Source: Eledone cirrhosa | Taxonomy: Eukaryota | Length of the DNA: 64,000 nucleotides | Direction of reading: 5' to 3' | Assembly (NCBI GenBank): GCA_964016885.1 | Contig: OZ024758.1 | Coordinates: 16,864,001 to 16,928,000, forward strand | In this document: positions 25,516 to 39,107 of the stretch, piece by piece | How the letters are laid out: the number at the start of each line of letters is the position of its first letter | Numbering within the stretch: the first letter of the stretch is position 1 | Notes under the pieces: generated by a model | Database searches by the model: none | Told to the model about the DNA's origin: nothing | The model's input: the letters and a program-made list of their open reading frames with translations, nothing else | Made by a program: the position numbers and the translations under genes

Positions 25516-25977
25516 TTATTCGATCTCTTGTATACAGAGTCCTGGCTTTTTAGAGGCCGAAAGTTAACAAAAAATCGCGAAACTTATGAAAAAAATATAA
25601 AATGGAGAACATAATAAAAGAAGTATGACGTAATTGAATTGTTAACCAAAAGCTATATTCCAAACGACACTTAAAACATTTTAAACATTAAAATATTAAA
25701 ACTTCATAAAAACATTTAATACTCATGAGAATTTCAAAACAACGCCATCTAAACATAATGTGTTGATTAGCTGCTTCGGTTTATAAACAGGGTTTGAATC
25801 TTTGCCATTTCTCAGACATAAACTAAAGGGGCGTTCATGCGTGTATGTGTACATGTGTAGGTTTGTTCATTTGTCTGTGCAAAGTTGTGTGGGATAGGCA
25901 TTGGACCGTAATGGAGTTGGCTGCTATGAGAGTGTAGATTTGTAAGTGAGCGTGTGCATGTGAACTCACTAATGCCT

Positions 25978-26230
25978 TCATCATCATCATCATCATCATC
26001 TGGCGGTCTCAGTCGAAATGGACTCAACAATTGATCTCCACGTGGGTCTGTCGTTCATTGCCATTGCTAAGTCGTGGATTTCAATACCAGAATCTCTGGA
26101 GAGGACATCGGGGTAGGAGAGCTTGCGCCTCCTGTTATTAGTGACTGCTTGTGGTTTCCAAAGCACTAATTGGGACATAGCGTTGTAGGTGGCACGATGG
26201 CAGTGGTCAGCAAATCTTACTCTCCTCTTA
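25978..26230 (-). mobile_element. RTE-like LINE 3' end (third family)
   Basis: RRVRFADHCHRA..SQLVLWKP..LSYPDVLSRDSG..LAMAMNDRPTWR..* followed directly by a (TGA)n tail. Confidence 0.8.
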
Positions 26231-26345
26231 CCCCAGTGCGTGACTGGTACTTTATTTTATCGAACCCTGCAAACGATGAAAGGCAAAGCTAACCCCGGCA
26301 GGATTTGAACTCAAAACGTAAAGGGCCATATATAAAGGGAAGTAT

Positions 26346-26380
<35 letters not shown>

Positions 26381-26720
26381 ATAATAATAATTGTTCTACT
26401 TTTGGTACAAGGCCAGCAATTATACCAGTACATTACTGGTACTTCATTTTATCGACCCCGTAAGGATGAAAGGCAATATTAACCTCGGTGGGATTTGAAC
26501 TCAAATAGTAAAGGGCCGTAACTCTATGCTGAAAAGGTTGCGTCCAGCCCCTTACTGATACTGCCAATCCACTGCTCTAATAATAATTATAATAATAATA
26601 ATAATAATAATAATTGTTTCTACTATTGGCACAAGGCCAGCAATTACCCAGTACATTACTGGTACTTTATTTTATCGACCCCGTAAGGATGAAAGGCAAA
26701 GTTAACCTCAGCGGGATTTG
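26231..26720 (-). mobile_element. Three SINE B copies or fragments separated by (TAG)n/(TAA)n
   Basis: SINE B cores at about 26245, 26435 and 26655. Confidence 0.8.
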
Positions 26721-29289
26721 ATGATTATGGTGATGATGATGTTGTTGATGATGATGGTGATGATGAGGATGAAGATGATGATGATGGTGGTGGTGGTGGT
26801 GATGGTGATGATGGTGAACGTGACGATGATGATGATGATGGTGACGATGATGATGGGGGTGGCGGTGGTGGTGGTGGTGGTGGTGATGAGGGGGAGGAGG
26901 ATGATGATGATGGTGATGATGATGATGATGATGATGTGGAAGGTGAGGAGCGGGAAATTAATGATACTAACTAAATCTGACCTGAAGCCACATATTACAT
27001 CACAGGGAAAGCTATTTAGGAAAATGAAGCCTTCATTCGGTTTGTTTACATTATGAAACATGACTGTTTTTCCAATTCTGTGAAGTTATTTTTACTAATA
27101 AATTGACCAAACTTTGTTAAAAGAATCATTTGAAAATTTAATAATCTGAAAAAGTAGAACATTTTTTTTTTCTCAAAATCTGCCGACTGGTTTGTGTTTG
27201 TTAATATTCAGAAGAATTTAAAGAAGTATTCTTAAAATCACATGATAGGAATAAAAAGGTAAAAGTCTTTTAAGGATGGTATACATCAATAAAATGATAA
27301 TATTTTTATGCATTAAAAAACAATTTCTTACTTGTGTGAGTATTTTTAGTTTACACACACAAAACAAAACAATACAATAATAGTAGAAAAAAATCATTTT
27401 TAATTCATTGCTTTTGTTCAAGAAAATCATATTTTTAATTCTGTTTTGAGAAAGAAAAATCAATTTAAAAAAAAGGTCAAAAAAAAATTGAATGATAAAA
27501 GGAAAAACGAATTCAGATGAACAACAACAGCATCTACATTATTAACATCAATACTGCCACCACCACCACCACCACTACCATCATCATCATCATCATCAAC
27601 AACAAAAGGAAAACATACATACTTACCTTATCTTGAAGAAAATTCAAAAACAAATTTCTAAGTAATTTTAAATATTAATTTTGTTTTTCAATGTTTTAAA
27701 ATATCAAAATCCCATGAGCATAAAAGATAAAATGACAAAAATTAATTTACTTGCTGATTAAAAAGGAGAAGATCTAAGAGATTAAATTAAAATCTATTTA
27801 CTTATTTTTAATGTTACTGTGAAGACTGAACCTGTAGCTGTTTTAGAATAGTGAGAAAACAACTATGATGTTTGTTAAAAATAATTTCTAATAAGGTGGA
27901 AAATAATAAAAAGGTGAAATACCTTTTTTTTTTTCTTAGTTTAGTTTGCATGATCAAATATTTCTATTTATATCATGCTGATGGCCATATGTATATAATA
28001 AAAATTGTTAATTACAAAAAGGCAATCCTGTGAAATAGAGAAAAGATTTCAGGAAGTTACTGAACAATCTACATTCATTTCATGGTTCAAGACATATCAA
28101 TTTCATTGTTACTTCTCATTCTTGCTCATACTTGTTGAATTTTGGATATTTACCTTCATATAAGACATATTAATTAGCCTAATAATTGTTTCTACTTTTT
28201 GGCTCAAGGCCAGCAATTATCCCAGGGATTTGAACTCAGACCATAAAGGGCCGTAACTCTTTGCTGCAAAGCATGGTGTCTGACCCTCTACCAATACTGC
28301 CAATCCACCCTCAAATCACCAATCACCTGCTCTAACAAATACCATTTTGTTAAGCTGTGAGCTGAGATATAGTTATTTTTCTTCCCGTCAAGGGTGCCTT
28401 GATTATCTTTGAAATCTATATTTCATTCCAACTTTCCAAAGAATTAACCATTTTGATACCAACCAATCACCCAAACTGTCTTTGGTTCCATCAAACAAAA
28501 CAAAACCACCCATTTTAAAAGGTTTCTATTTAAAGTAAACCCTTCCAACCTAATTTAACATACAAACCTTTTGATAATTTATGTTAAAAATAACATTTTA
28601 ATAATAAAAAAAATATTAATAAATTTAGTAAATCCCTCTAAATCTTTCATTAATTAATTCAAAGGGTCCCTTTCTTCCTCTATATTTTTTCTCACTTCCT
28701 TTCTCTCCCTCTTTATCCTTCTCTACAAAAAAATTTGCTGAATTCAGAGCTGGAGGGGACATAGGCTCTGCAAGGTTTAAAAATACCCTAGAAACATGAT
28801 ATAGCAGTATGACACCACTACGAACCCCCCTCAGGAGTTACAGGATCATACTACATACATTATTTTTTGTTTTGTGTAAATAGTATTTGAGTATAGCTGT
28901 TTCCTGTATTTGATGCATTACTCTTCTCTAATATATGGGATAGCCTATAAAAGATTTAATGTATAATAGATTGTGTATAAATTTCTTTCTTTCATTCACA
29001 GTGTTCATTTTCACATTGTCACTTGATGATTTCATCACTGTACACTCTCTCCATTGTACTGTTGTGTATTCTGAGAAGACAAATGGTTATCCATATCTCT
29101 ATGCATTGCTGATGATAACAATATATATCCCATCCCAGCAAAGAATCCATCTAATAAAATAGATATAAAATATGTATTTTAAGTGATCTTATATCTTCAA
29201 TTTGTAAGGAAGGAACAGTAATCATGTTCAGTTAACAGGATAGATCCTAGATGTAGAAAGCATTTTAATGTGAGTGGGTTTCAGTGAAA

Positions 29290-29369
29290 TATATACATAT
29301 ACACCAGATTCGAACACAAAGGAACCAAACTCCCACTGTCGCTGCCTCAGTGTGAGTGTGTGTCTGTGA

Positions 29370-29424
<55 letters not shown>

Positions 29425-30050
29425 CAGGTTCGAACACAAAGGAACCAAACTCCCACTGTCGCTGCCTCTGTCTCTCCCGCACTCTCCATCTCTCGCTATT
29501 ATGAGCTGAGCAAATGTGGGCCCATGTGCTGACCGACCTGTGGCCCAGGCAGACAGAATAGGGAAGGCATTTCAATTGAAGATGGTCAGGAAGACACACT
29601 GGAAGGGCCATTCCAATTCACAAGGCTCACACCTGCTGGTAGCCAACTCTGTGCTGATGGTGGTAAGTAGGGAAATGGCCCTAGGGCCAAGGACACCAGA
29701 AGTCGCCCCTGCTACACGTAACCAACTCCATGCCGATGGTGTGAGCAGGGAAATGGCCCTAGGGCCAAGGACACTAGCAGTCTCCACTGCTGCAGGTAAC
29801 CAACTCCATGCTGATGATGGTGTGAGTAGAGAGATGGCCCTAGGGCCAAGGACACCAGAAGTTGCCCCTGCTACAGGTAACCAACTCCATGCCGATGGTG
29901 TGAGCAGGGAAATGGCCCTAGGGCCAAGGACACTAGCAGTCTCCACTGCTACAGGTAACCAACTCCATGCTGATGATGGTGTGAGTAAGGAGATGGCTCT
30001 AGGGCCAAGGGCACCAGAAACCTCCACTGTTCTAGGCTCAACCACAAACC
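29290..30050 (-). mobile_element. CRE-like (restriction-like endonuclease) non-LTR retrotransposon 3' end with an internal 78/81-bp tandem repeat
   Basis: Minus strand reads VEP.TVEVSGALGPRAISLL...ELA..RCEP.ELEWPFQ..I..NAFPILSA, like the CRE C-terminus P.AVET.G..G...LL.......FQR...I.RGNA. The 3' UTR is partly duplicated at 29290-29370. Confidence 0.75.
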
Positions 30051-30607
30051 TATCGGAGAACAACCGATATTATAGACCACAAAACTGGCAAACGAAACCA
30101 ATTACAGTTTATTTTCTAAACAAAAGACTCAGCTTATTATTCTAATTTTCACATTTTTTATGGCTTTTTATATCATCATCAATCACAGAACATTTATGCA
30201 ATCCCCATCATCCCGATACAGGCCGTGATGACATTTGGAATATTTATTTTTTCTTAATGTTTTTTTATATTTTCTAGCTATATTTTACTGTGATATGTTG
30301 ATTCATCAATGTCTTATTGTCCCAGGGTGTTGTTTGTTATCAGTTTTGCTATTTGTTATTATATTATTTTGTGTTATAAAGATGACAATATCTTATAGGT
30401 GATATATGAGTGTGATTTAGTCTATTTGTTTGTGTATGTATATATATGTATGTGTATATGTACATATCTATGTATATATGGAGGTGTTTATGTATGTATG
30501 GATGTGTGTGTATGTATATATATCTATGTATGTATGTGTATCTATATATCTATGTATGTGTCTATGTACCTATGTATATACGTAGGTATGTGTGTTTGTA
30601 TGTATGT

Positions 30608-30648
<41 letters not shown>

Positions 30649-30785
30649 TGTATGTGTGTGTATGTATACATGAGTGTGATTTAGGTACTTTGTTTATGTA
30701 TGTATGTGTGTGTATGTATATATCTATGTATGTGTGTAAGTATGTGTATATATGTATATATATATATATATAGTAAGAATAAATG

Positions 30786-30876
<91 letters not shown>

Positions 30877-31028
30877 TTTGCCAATGTAGTGATGATAGAG
30901 TGAGATATTACTTTGGTGCATTGAAATTCATAGCTTTTATATCTGAAAAAAAAATGGCCAGAAACTCACAGACACACATTCCAATATATGTATTGTAAAC
31001 ATACATTGATAATATTAATAAAAATAAT

Positions 31029-31350
31029 AATATAATTCAATATACAAGAGAGATAAACACTAATATAAACATACATGTGTCCGAATTGTAAAGGACTAGG
31101 TTTGCTAGGGTGAAATAATACTAACTACAGCAATATGGTTTGCCAGACTTAATTTAAAGTAGTAAATTAAGAAAATTAAGAAAAATAATAACAAACCTAT
31201 ATTGGGCAACTGCCTTAAAACACTTAAGTCTGGCAAACCATATTGCTCTAGTTAGTATTATTTCACCCTAGCAAACCTAGTCCTTTACAATTCGGACACA
31301 TGTATGATTATATTAGTGTTCATCTCTCTTGTTTATTCAATAATTATATT
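31029..31350. repeat. Long foldback with about 125-bp arms and a spacer of about 70 bp
   Basis: 31044-31152 is the reverse complement of 31224-31332 with few mismatches. Confidence 0.9.
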
Positions 31351-31435
31351 GTACGGCTCGGATAAGCTTTTTTCTTAGAGCTATTTAATTGTAAGAGAGT
31401 ATTTTCAGTTTCTAACTCAGTATATATATAAAAAT

Positions 31436-32337
31436 AATAATTGTTTCTACTTTTGGCACAAGGCCAGCAATTATCCCAGTGCATTACTAGTACTTTATTT
31501 TATCCACATCGTAAGGATGAAAGGCAAAGTTAACCCTGGCGGGATTTGAACTCAGACCATAAAGGGCCATAACTCTTTTCTGCAAAGCATGGTGTCCGAC
31601 CCTCTACCGATACTGCCAAAATAATAATAATGATTTCTACTATAGGTGCAAGGCCAGCAATTTGAAGTAATCAGGAAAGTGGATTAAATCAACCTCCATT
31701 GTGTTACTGGTGCTTTATTTTATCGACCCCATAGGGATGAAATGCAAACCTAATTGTGTTGGGATTTGAACTCAGAACATAAAGGGTTAATACTATATGT
31801 TGCAATGGATGTTGTCCGACACTCTACTGGCACTGGCAATCCAAATAATAAAAATAATAATAATAATATTAATAGCTGCATAGAGTTATAGTCCTTTACA
31901 TTCTAAGATCAAATCCTGCCATGGTTAGCTTTGCCTTTTATCCTTACGGGATCAATAAAATAAAGTACCAGTAATGCACTGGGATAATTGCAGGCCTTGT
32001 GCCAAAATTAGAAACAATTATTATCATTATTATTACCCTTTACTAAGATCAAATCCTGCCATGGTTAACTTTGCCTTTCATCCTTATGGGGTCAATAAAA
32101 TAAAGTACCAGTAATGTACTGGGTAATTGCTGGCCTTGTGCCTAACGTAGAAACAATTATTACCCTTTACATACGGCCCTTTACGTTCTAAGTTCAAATC
32201 CCGCTGGGGTTAGCTTTACCTTTCATCCTTATGGGGTTGACAAAATAAAGCACCAGTAATGCACTGGGGTCGATTTAATTGACTTTCCCCTCCCCTTCAA
32301 ATTGCTGGCCTTGTGCCTAATGTAGAAACAATTATTC
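31436..32337. mobile_element. SINE B cluster: 2 minus copies followed by 3 plus copies
   Basis: SINE B cores in divergent orientation around 31850. Confidence 0.8.
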
Positions 32338-32378
32338 TCAACCCACATGGCCTTAATTATTATCATTGAAAGATTTAA

Positions 32379-33157
32379 CCCTTTAACATTTACATTACTC
32401 TATATATACTATTGTATTTTCATGGTAAAGGCTTTACCTCACATAATATCTCACATAACATTTACATTACTCTATATATACTTTGTATTTTCATGGTAAA
32501 GGCTTTATCTCACATCATATCTCACATAACATTTACATTACTCTATATATACTTTGTATTTTCATGGTAAAGGCTTTATCTCACATCATATCTCACATAA
32601 CATTTACATTACTCTATATATACTATTGTATTTTCATGGTAAAGGCTTTACCTCACATAATATCTCACATAACATTTACATTACTCTATATATACTTTGT
32701 ATTTTCATGGTAAAGGCTTTATCTCACATCATATCTCACATAACATTTACATTACTCTATATATACTTTGTATTTTCATGGTAAAGGCTTTATCTCACAT
32801 CATATCTCACATAACATTTACATTACTCTATATATACTATTGTATTTTCATGGTAAAGGCTTTAGCTCACATAATATCTCACATAACATTTACATTACTC
32901 TATATATACTTTGTATTTTCATGGTAAAGGCTTTACCTCACATAATATCTCACATAATATTTACATTACTCTATATATACTATTGTATTTTCATGGTAAA
33001 GGCTTTACCTCACATCATATCGAATCTATAAGATTGTGATATTATTTAGTTTAAGATCAATACCTTAACATACGTATGAGCAGCTGGTTACAACCGGTTT
33101 GAACAGAAAGAGGTGAGAGAATTCTGGCCGGATATGGCAAGTTTAAATGCTAAAGGG
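32379..33157. mobile_element. P1 MITE expanded by 9 internal 71/72-bp tandem repeats
   Basis: TTAA-ccctttaacattt start, aaatgctaaaggg end. Units start at about 32386, 32458, 32529, 32600, 32672, 32743, 32814, 32886 and 32957. Confidence 0.9.
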
Positions 33158-33516
33158 TTAGGGCTATGGTTGATATCTTTTGCCCAACATACCATGCAGT
33201 GGCATTGAACCTGGAAACTTATGATTACAAAGGGAAATTCTTAACCATTCAACTTTGCTATGTTCACAAATAAAATGGACGAAATAGATGAAAGTCAAAT
33301 CTTTACAGAATTTAAATAATTTTGCAATGAGAATCTCTTATAACTTTAGATTAAAGTGAAAACAACAAGTGCTTCTCTATGTAGTTGCTTGGTCTGTTTG
33401 GTTTAGTACCCAAATTTGTTTCATCCTGTTTTACTTTTTGTTTTAATAATCTAAAATTTCAGTTGCTTGAAATTGCTAAAATATTCAATAAAAATAATCC
33501 TAAATCTCCTAACATT

Positions 33517-34287
33517 TGGCAGTATCGGTAGAGGGTCGGACGCCATGCTTTCCAGCATAGTTACGTCCCTTTATGATCTGAGTTCAAATCCCGCCGAGGT
33601 TGACTTTGCCTTTCATCCTTACGGGGGTCGATAAAATAAAGTACCAGTAATGCACTGGGTAATTGCTGGCCTTGTGCCTAAAGTAGAAACAATTATTTCT
33701 CTACAACGGTAGAGGGTTGGACGCCATGCTTTCTAGCATAGTTACGTCCCTTTACAGTCTGAGTTCAAATCCCGCCGAGGTTAACTTTGCCTTTCATCCT
33801 TACGGGGTCGATAAAATAAAGTACCAGTAATGCACTGGGTAATTGCTGGCCTTGTGCCTAAAGTAGAAACAATTATTTCTCTACAACGGTAGAGGGTTGG
33901 ACGCCATGCTTTCTAGCATAGTTACGTCCCTTTATAGTCTGAGTTCAAATCCCGCCGAGGTTAACTTTGCCTTTCATCCTTACGGGGTCGATAAAATAAA
34001 GTACCAGTAATGTACTGGGTAATTGCTGGCCTTGTGCCTAAAGTAGAAACAATTATTTCTCTACAAGGGTGGTTGATTGGCAGTATCGGTAGAGGGTCGG
34101 ATGCCATGCTTTGCAGCAGAGTTACAACCCTTTATGATCTGAGTTCAAATCCCACTGAAGTTATCTTTGCCTTTCATCCTTACGGGGTCGATAAAATAAA
34201 GTACCAGTCATGCACTGGAGTCGATGTAATCGACTTTCCCCTCCCCCAAAATTGCTGGCCTTGTGCCTATATAAGAAATCATTATTT
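33517..34287 (+). repeat. Tandem array of 4 SINE B copies, period about 180 bp
   Basis: Units joined by ttctctacaa; the middle units are nearly identical. Confidence 0.9.
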
Positions 34288-34437
34288 CTCTCCAAGAATC
34301 ATGCTGTACTACATCCAACACTTGCAATTGTATATGACTTGATAACTAACGTGTATCAGACTTTTACTAAGGGTTTTATGTTTTAGGTACCCATGCATTC
34401 ATTAGCAGACACCCTCTCACTCTACCTTGATCTAGTG

Positions 34438-34623
34438 CAGGGTTTGCCAAACTTTTTCAAATACAGAACCCTTTTTGGTTCAGAAACTTTTTGGGGATCC
34501 CCTAAAGTCTAATACTGTTATGTAGTCAGAATATAAACATATAACTCTACCTTTTTTCACGTAACGGCAGACACTCCTTTGTGGAACCCTTGGGTTCTGC
34601 AGGACCCACTTTGGGAACCACTG
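34438..34623. mobile_element. hAT MITE (family H3)
   Basis: cagggtttgccaaact / tttgggaaccactg ends; 8-bp TSD atctagtg/atttagtg. Confidence 0.75.
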
Positions 34624-34675
34624 ATTTAGTGGAACCTTGAGCATGTTACAGATGGAAAGAGAAAGAGCTCTCCCA

Positions 34676-35745
34676 GCATTGGGCTTTAGTGTAGTGGAAC
34701 AACCAACATGTGACAGCTGGAAGGAGAAAAAGCTGTCCCAGTGCTGGACTTTAATGTAGTGGAACAACCAACATGTGACAGCTGGAAGGAGAAAAAGCTG
34801 TCCCAGTGCTGGACTTTAATGTAGTGGAATAACCAACATGTGACAGCTGGAAGGAGAAAAAGCTGTCCAAGTGCTGGGCTTTAGTGTAGTGGAATAACCA
34901 ACATGTGACAGCTGGAAGGAGAAAAAGCTGTCCCAGTGCTAGACTTTAATGTAGTGGAATAACCAACATGTGACAGCTGGAAGGAGAAAAAGCTGTCCCA
35001 GTGCTGGACTTTAATGTAGTGGAATAACCAACATGTGACAGCTGGAAGGAGAAAAAGCTGTCCCAGTGCTGGACTTTAATGTAGTGGAATAACCAACATG
35101 TGACAGCTGGAAGGAGAAAAAGCTGTCCCAGCATTGGGCTTTAGTGTAGTGGAACAACCAACATGTGACAGCTGGAAGGAGAAAAAGCTGTCCCAGTGCT
35201 GGACTTTAATGTAGTGGAACAACCAACATGTGACAGCTGGAAGGAGAAAAAGCTGTCCCAGTGCTGGACTTTAATGTAGTGGAATAACCAACATGTGACA
35301 GCTGGAAGGAGAAAAAGCTGTCCAAGTGCTGGGCTTTAGTGTAGTGGAATAACCAACATGTGACAGCTGGAAGGAGAAAAAGCTGTCCCAGTGCTAGACT
35401 TTAATGTAGTGGAATAACCAACATGTGACAGCTGGAAGGAGAAAAAGCTGTCCCAGTGCTGGACTTTAATGTAGTGGAATAACCAACATGTGACAGCTGG
35501 AAGGAGAAAAAGCTGTCCCAGTGCTGGACTTTAATGTAGTGGAATAACCAACATGTGACAGCTGGAAGGAGAAAAAGCTGTCCCAGTGCTGGACTTTAAT
35601 GTAGTGGAATAACCAACATGTGACAGCTGGAAGGAGAAAAAGCTGTCCCAGTGCTGGACTTTAATGTAGTGGAATAACCAACATGTGACAGCTGGAAGGA
35701 GAAAGGGTTGTCATAGTACTGGGTTGTAATGTAGTGGAACAACCA
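34676..35745. repeat. 65-bp minisatellite, about 16 units, with a 455-bp higher-order repeat
   Basis: Unit gtagtggaataaccaacatgtgacagctggaaggagaaaaagctgtcccagtgctggactttaat; variant units recur 455 bp apart. Confidence 0.95.
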
Positions 35746-36214
35746 CCATATGACGGCTTCAAGGAGAAATGGTTGTCACAGCCCTCAGTTAATACTTTCT
35801 TTATTGACTCCAAATTAATTGTTTCTACTATTGGCACAAGGCCCAAAAATGATTTGAACTCAGAATGACAAGGGCCGTAACTCTATGTGTCAAAGCATTG
35901 CGTCCGACCCTCTACCAATACTGCCAATTCATCACCCTTAACTCCAAAATAATAATTTCTAATTTAGGCACAAGTCCACTTGACTGGGTCTATATTTTAT
36001 TGAACTCGAAAGAATGAAGAGCAAATTGCTCTATGTGGGATTTGAACTCAGAATATCAAGCAACTGTCACATGACCAATTCCATCAATCCACCACACTTA
36101 TTAATTTCCAAATAAGGAATATTAAATTGAATATCAAAAGGATTTAAAGTTAGAACATAGAAAACTGGAACAAATATTCAATGCACTTACAGCTCTGCCA
36201 AATCGACTGCTTAA

Positions 36215-37039
36215 CACTTTAGCATTTCAACGAGCCATATCAGGCCAGAATTCTCTCACCTCTTTCTGTACAAACTGGCCGTAACCAGCTGCTCATACTG
36301 ATGTTAAGGTATTGTTCTCAAAATAAATAACATCAAAATCTCATAGATTTAATATTATGTGAGGTAAAGACTTAACCGTGAAAATATAATTGTAAATGTA
36401 GAGTAATGTAAATGCTAAAGTGTTAAACCAGCCATATCTACCCAGAATTCTCACACCTCTTTCAAACTGGTTGTAATCAGCCACTCATACTGATGTTAAA
36501 ATATTGTTCTCAAAATAAATAACATCAAAATCTCATAGATTCGATATTATGTGAGATAATTATGTGAGGTTAAGCCTTTACCATGAACAAAAAATAGTAA
36601 ATATAGAGTAATGTAAATGCTTAAGTGTTAAACCAACCATATCTACCCAGAATTCTCTTGCCTCTTTCTGTTCAAACCGGCTATAATCAGCTGCTCATAC
36701 TCATGTCAAGGTATTGTTCTCAAAATAAGTAATATAAAAATCTCATAGATTCGATCTTATGTGACGTAACTATGTGAGGTGAAGCCTTAACCATGAAAAT
36801 AAAATAGTAAATTTAGAGTAATGTAAATGTTAAAGCATTAATACAGGCCGTATCCAGCTAGAATTCTCTCACCTCCCATTCAAACTGGCTGTAATCAGCC
36901 ACTCATACTGATCTCAAAGTATTGTTCTCAAAATAAATAATGTAAAAATCTCATAGATTCGATATTATGTGAGATAATTATATGAGGTAAAGCTTTTTCC
37001 GTGAAAATATAACAGTAGAGTAATGTAAATGCTAAAGGG
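36215..37039. mobile_element. Four tandem P1 MITE units
   Basis: Outer TTAA and TIRs present; internal junctions read aatgctaaagtg-TTAA-acc. Confidence 0.85.
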
Positions 37040-37539
37040 TTAATACAAGAAGTAAATAGACAAGAAAAAAATAGAGTAAATAAATTCAGGATTTATCTCT
37101 ATGTCTTTCACCTCTGGTGAGTTAAATGTTTAGAAAGCATTTAAATCTAATGCCTATAATGGCCTTGTAGTTTTGAAAAGAATCTAAAGTAAAATATCTG
37201 AATAGATAAAACATGTAACTGGTACATATGTCTCAAGAGATTGTTCTCTATTTTAACTGACAACATCTATCAAATGTAAAAACACAAAATTATAACTTAT
37301 GATTCCGCAAAGGTTATAAAACATCTGAAGGTACACTGTCTACTTCATTTTCTCTATGACAATGATGTTTTTCACAATGTCTCAGAAAGAAATTGTAGAT
37401 TTATAGTTTTGAACTGTCTTAACATTTTCTCTTATTTGTATCAATCTTGACTTCAAAATAGACATTTACTCATAATTCTTTTGTGTTTCTTCTTCATAAC
37501 TCTAGCTGCTAGAAGAATGATGATAATATACAAAGGAAA

Positions 37540-37950
37540 GAAGAAAGAAATAATAATAAAGAGCAAGAGAAATGGGGTGGAGGATGGTGGTGGTGTGGGG
37601 ATCAGAGAGAGAGAGGGGTGAGAAGAAAAGAAGAAAAAGATGAAGAAAAGAAGAAAAAGATGAAGATGAAGAAGAAGAAGAAGAAAAAAGAAGAATGAGA
37701 AGAATAAAAGAAGAATGAGAAGAAAAAAAGAAGAAAGAAGAAGAAAAGAAGAAACAAAAGAAAAAGAAGATGAAGAAGAAGGAACAAAAAGAAAAATAAG
37801 AAAAATAAGAAAAATAATAAGAGAACAAATAAGAAAAAAGAAGAAAAAGACAAATAAAAGAAGAAACAAACGAACGAAAAAGAATAAGAATAAGAATGAT
37901 AAGAGGAAGATGACAACAACAACAACTATAACAACAACTACAACAATGAC
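37540..37950. repeat. A/G-rich low-complexity tract
   Basis: gaa/aaa/caa runs. Another purine tract lies at 42515-42840. Confidence 0.8.
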
Positions 37951-38348
37951 AAATATATTCATAGCTGTTGAATGAGGATGGAAGAAAATAAAAGTGACTA
38001 TATATATTTTTATTTCTTAAGCTGTCTTTCATTCTATCTCTGTTTCATAGAATAGAAGAGAGATATGATCAAGACCTTTGTAGATCTCTGTATAGTAGTA
38101 TAGCTAGAAGGTTCCATGAAATTAGTGGCCATTATCATTGCTTTTATTGCCAGAAGAATTTGTTTAGCAAAATGGAGGAATGTAAGAGAAAGATATAATT
38201 GTTTCTACTTTAGGCACAAGGCCAGCAATTACCCGGTGCATTACTGGTACTTTATTTTATCGACCCCGTAAGGATGAAAGGCAAAGTCAACCTCGGCGGG
38301 ATTTGAACTCAGATCATAAAGGGACAATGAAGGGAATAAAGTCAGATA

Positions 38349-38442
38349 CAGTCAAACCTTGGTTCACGAACTTTGTTCGTTCCTGAAGGCGGTTTGTCAC
38401 CCGAAATATTAGTGAATCGAAACTATTTTCCCCATATGAAAT
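38349..38442. mobile_element. pogo/Tigger-like left end
   Basis: TA-cagtcaaaccttggttcacgaac...ttccccatatgaaat; no right TIR found. Confidence 0.5.
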
Positions 38443-38499
38443 GTTGAGAGAGAATTACTGTGAGAGAGAGAGAAACAGTGTTTAAGAGGGAAATACAGA

Positions 38500-39107
38500 G
38501 AGAGAGAGAGAGACTGTGTTTGAGAGGGAAATACAGTGAGATAGAGACTGTGTTTGAGAGAGAGAAACTGTGTTTGAGAGAGAGGCTATGTTTTAGAGAG
38601 AAATACAGTGAGAGAGAGACTGTGTTTTAGAGAGAAATATTGTGAGAGAGAGACTGTGTTTTAGAGAGAAATATTGTGAGAGAGAGAGACTGTGTTTGAG
38701 AGAGACATAGAGTGAGAGAGAGACTGTGTTTGAGAGAGACATAGAGTGAGAGAGAGACTGTGTTTGAGAGAGACATAGAGTGAGAGAGAGACTGCATTTG
38801 AGAGAGACATAGAGTGAGAGAGAGACTGTGTTTGAGAGAGACATAGAGTGAGAGAGAGACTGTGTTTGAGAAAGACATAGAGTGAGAGAGAGACTGTGTT
38901 TTAGAAAGACATAGAGTGAGAGAGAGACTGTGTTTGAGAGAGATATAGAGTGAGAGAGAGACTGCGTTTGAGAGAGACATAGAGTGAGAGAGAGACTGCG
39001 TTTGAGAGAGACATAGAGTGAGAGAGAGACTGTGTTTGAGAGAGATATAGAGTGAGAGAGAGACTGCGTTTGAGAGAGACATACAGTGAGAGAGAGACTG
39101 TGTTTTA
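38500..39107. repeat. 34-bp minisatellite tgtgtttgagagagacatagagtgagagagagac
   Basis: 34-bp period (for example 38691 and 38725), about 17 units. Confidence 0.9.

Noticed and set aside
26708-27061. Poly-Met and poly-Ile ORFs (also 12582-12908)
   Set aside because: Trinucleotide repeat translations.
34676-35745. CRISPR-like regular array
   Set aside because: No unique spacers, no cas genes, eukaryotic context. The same applies to 841-927 and 32386-33010.
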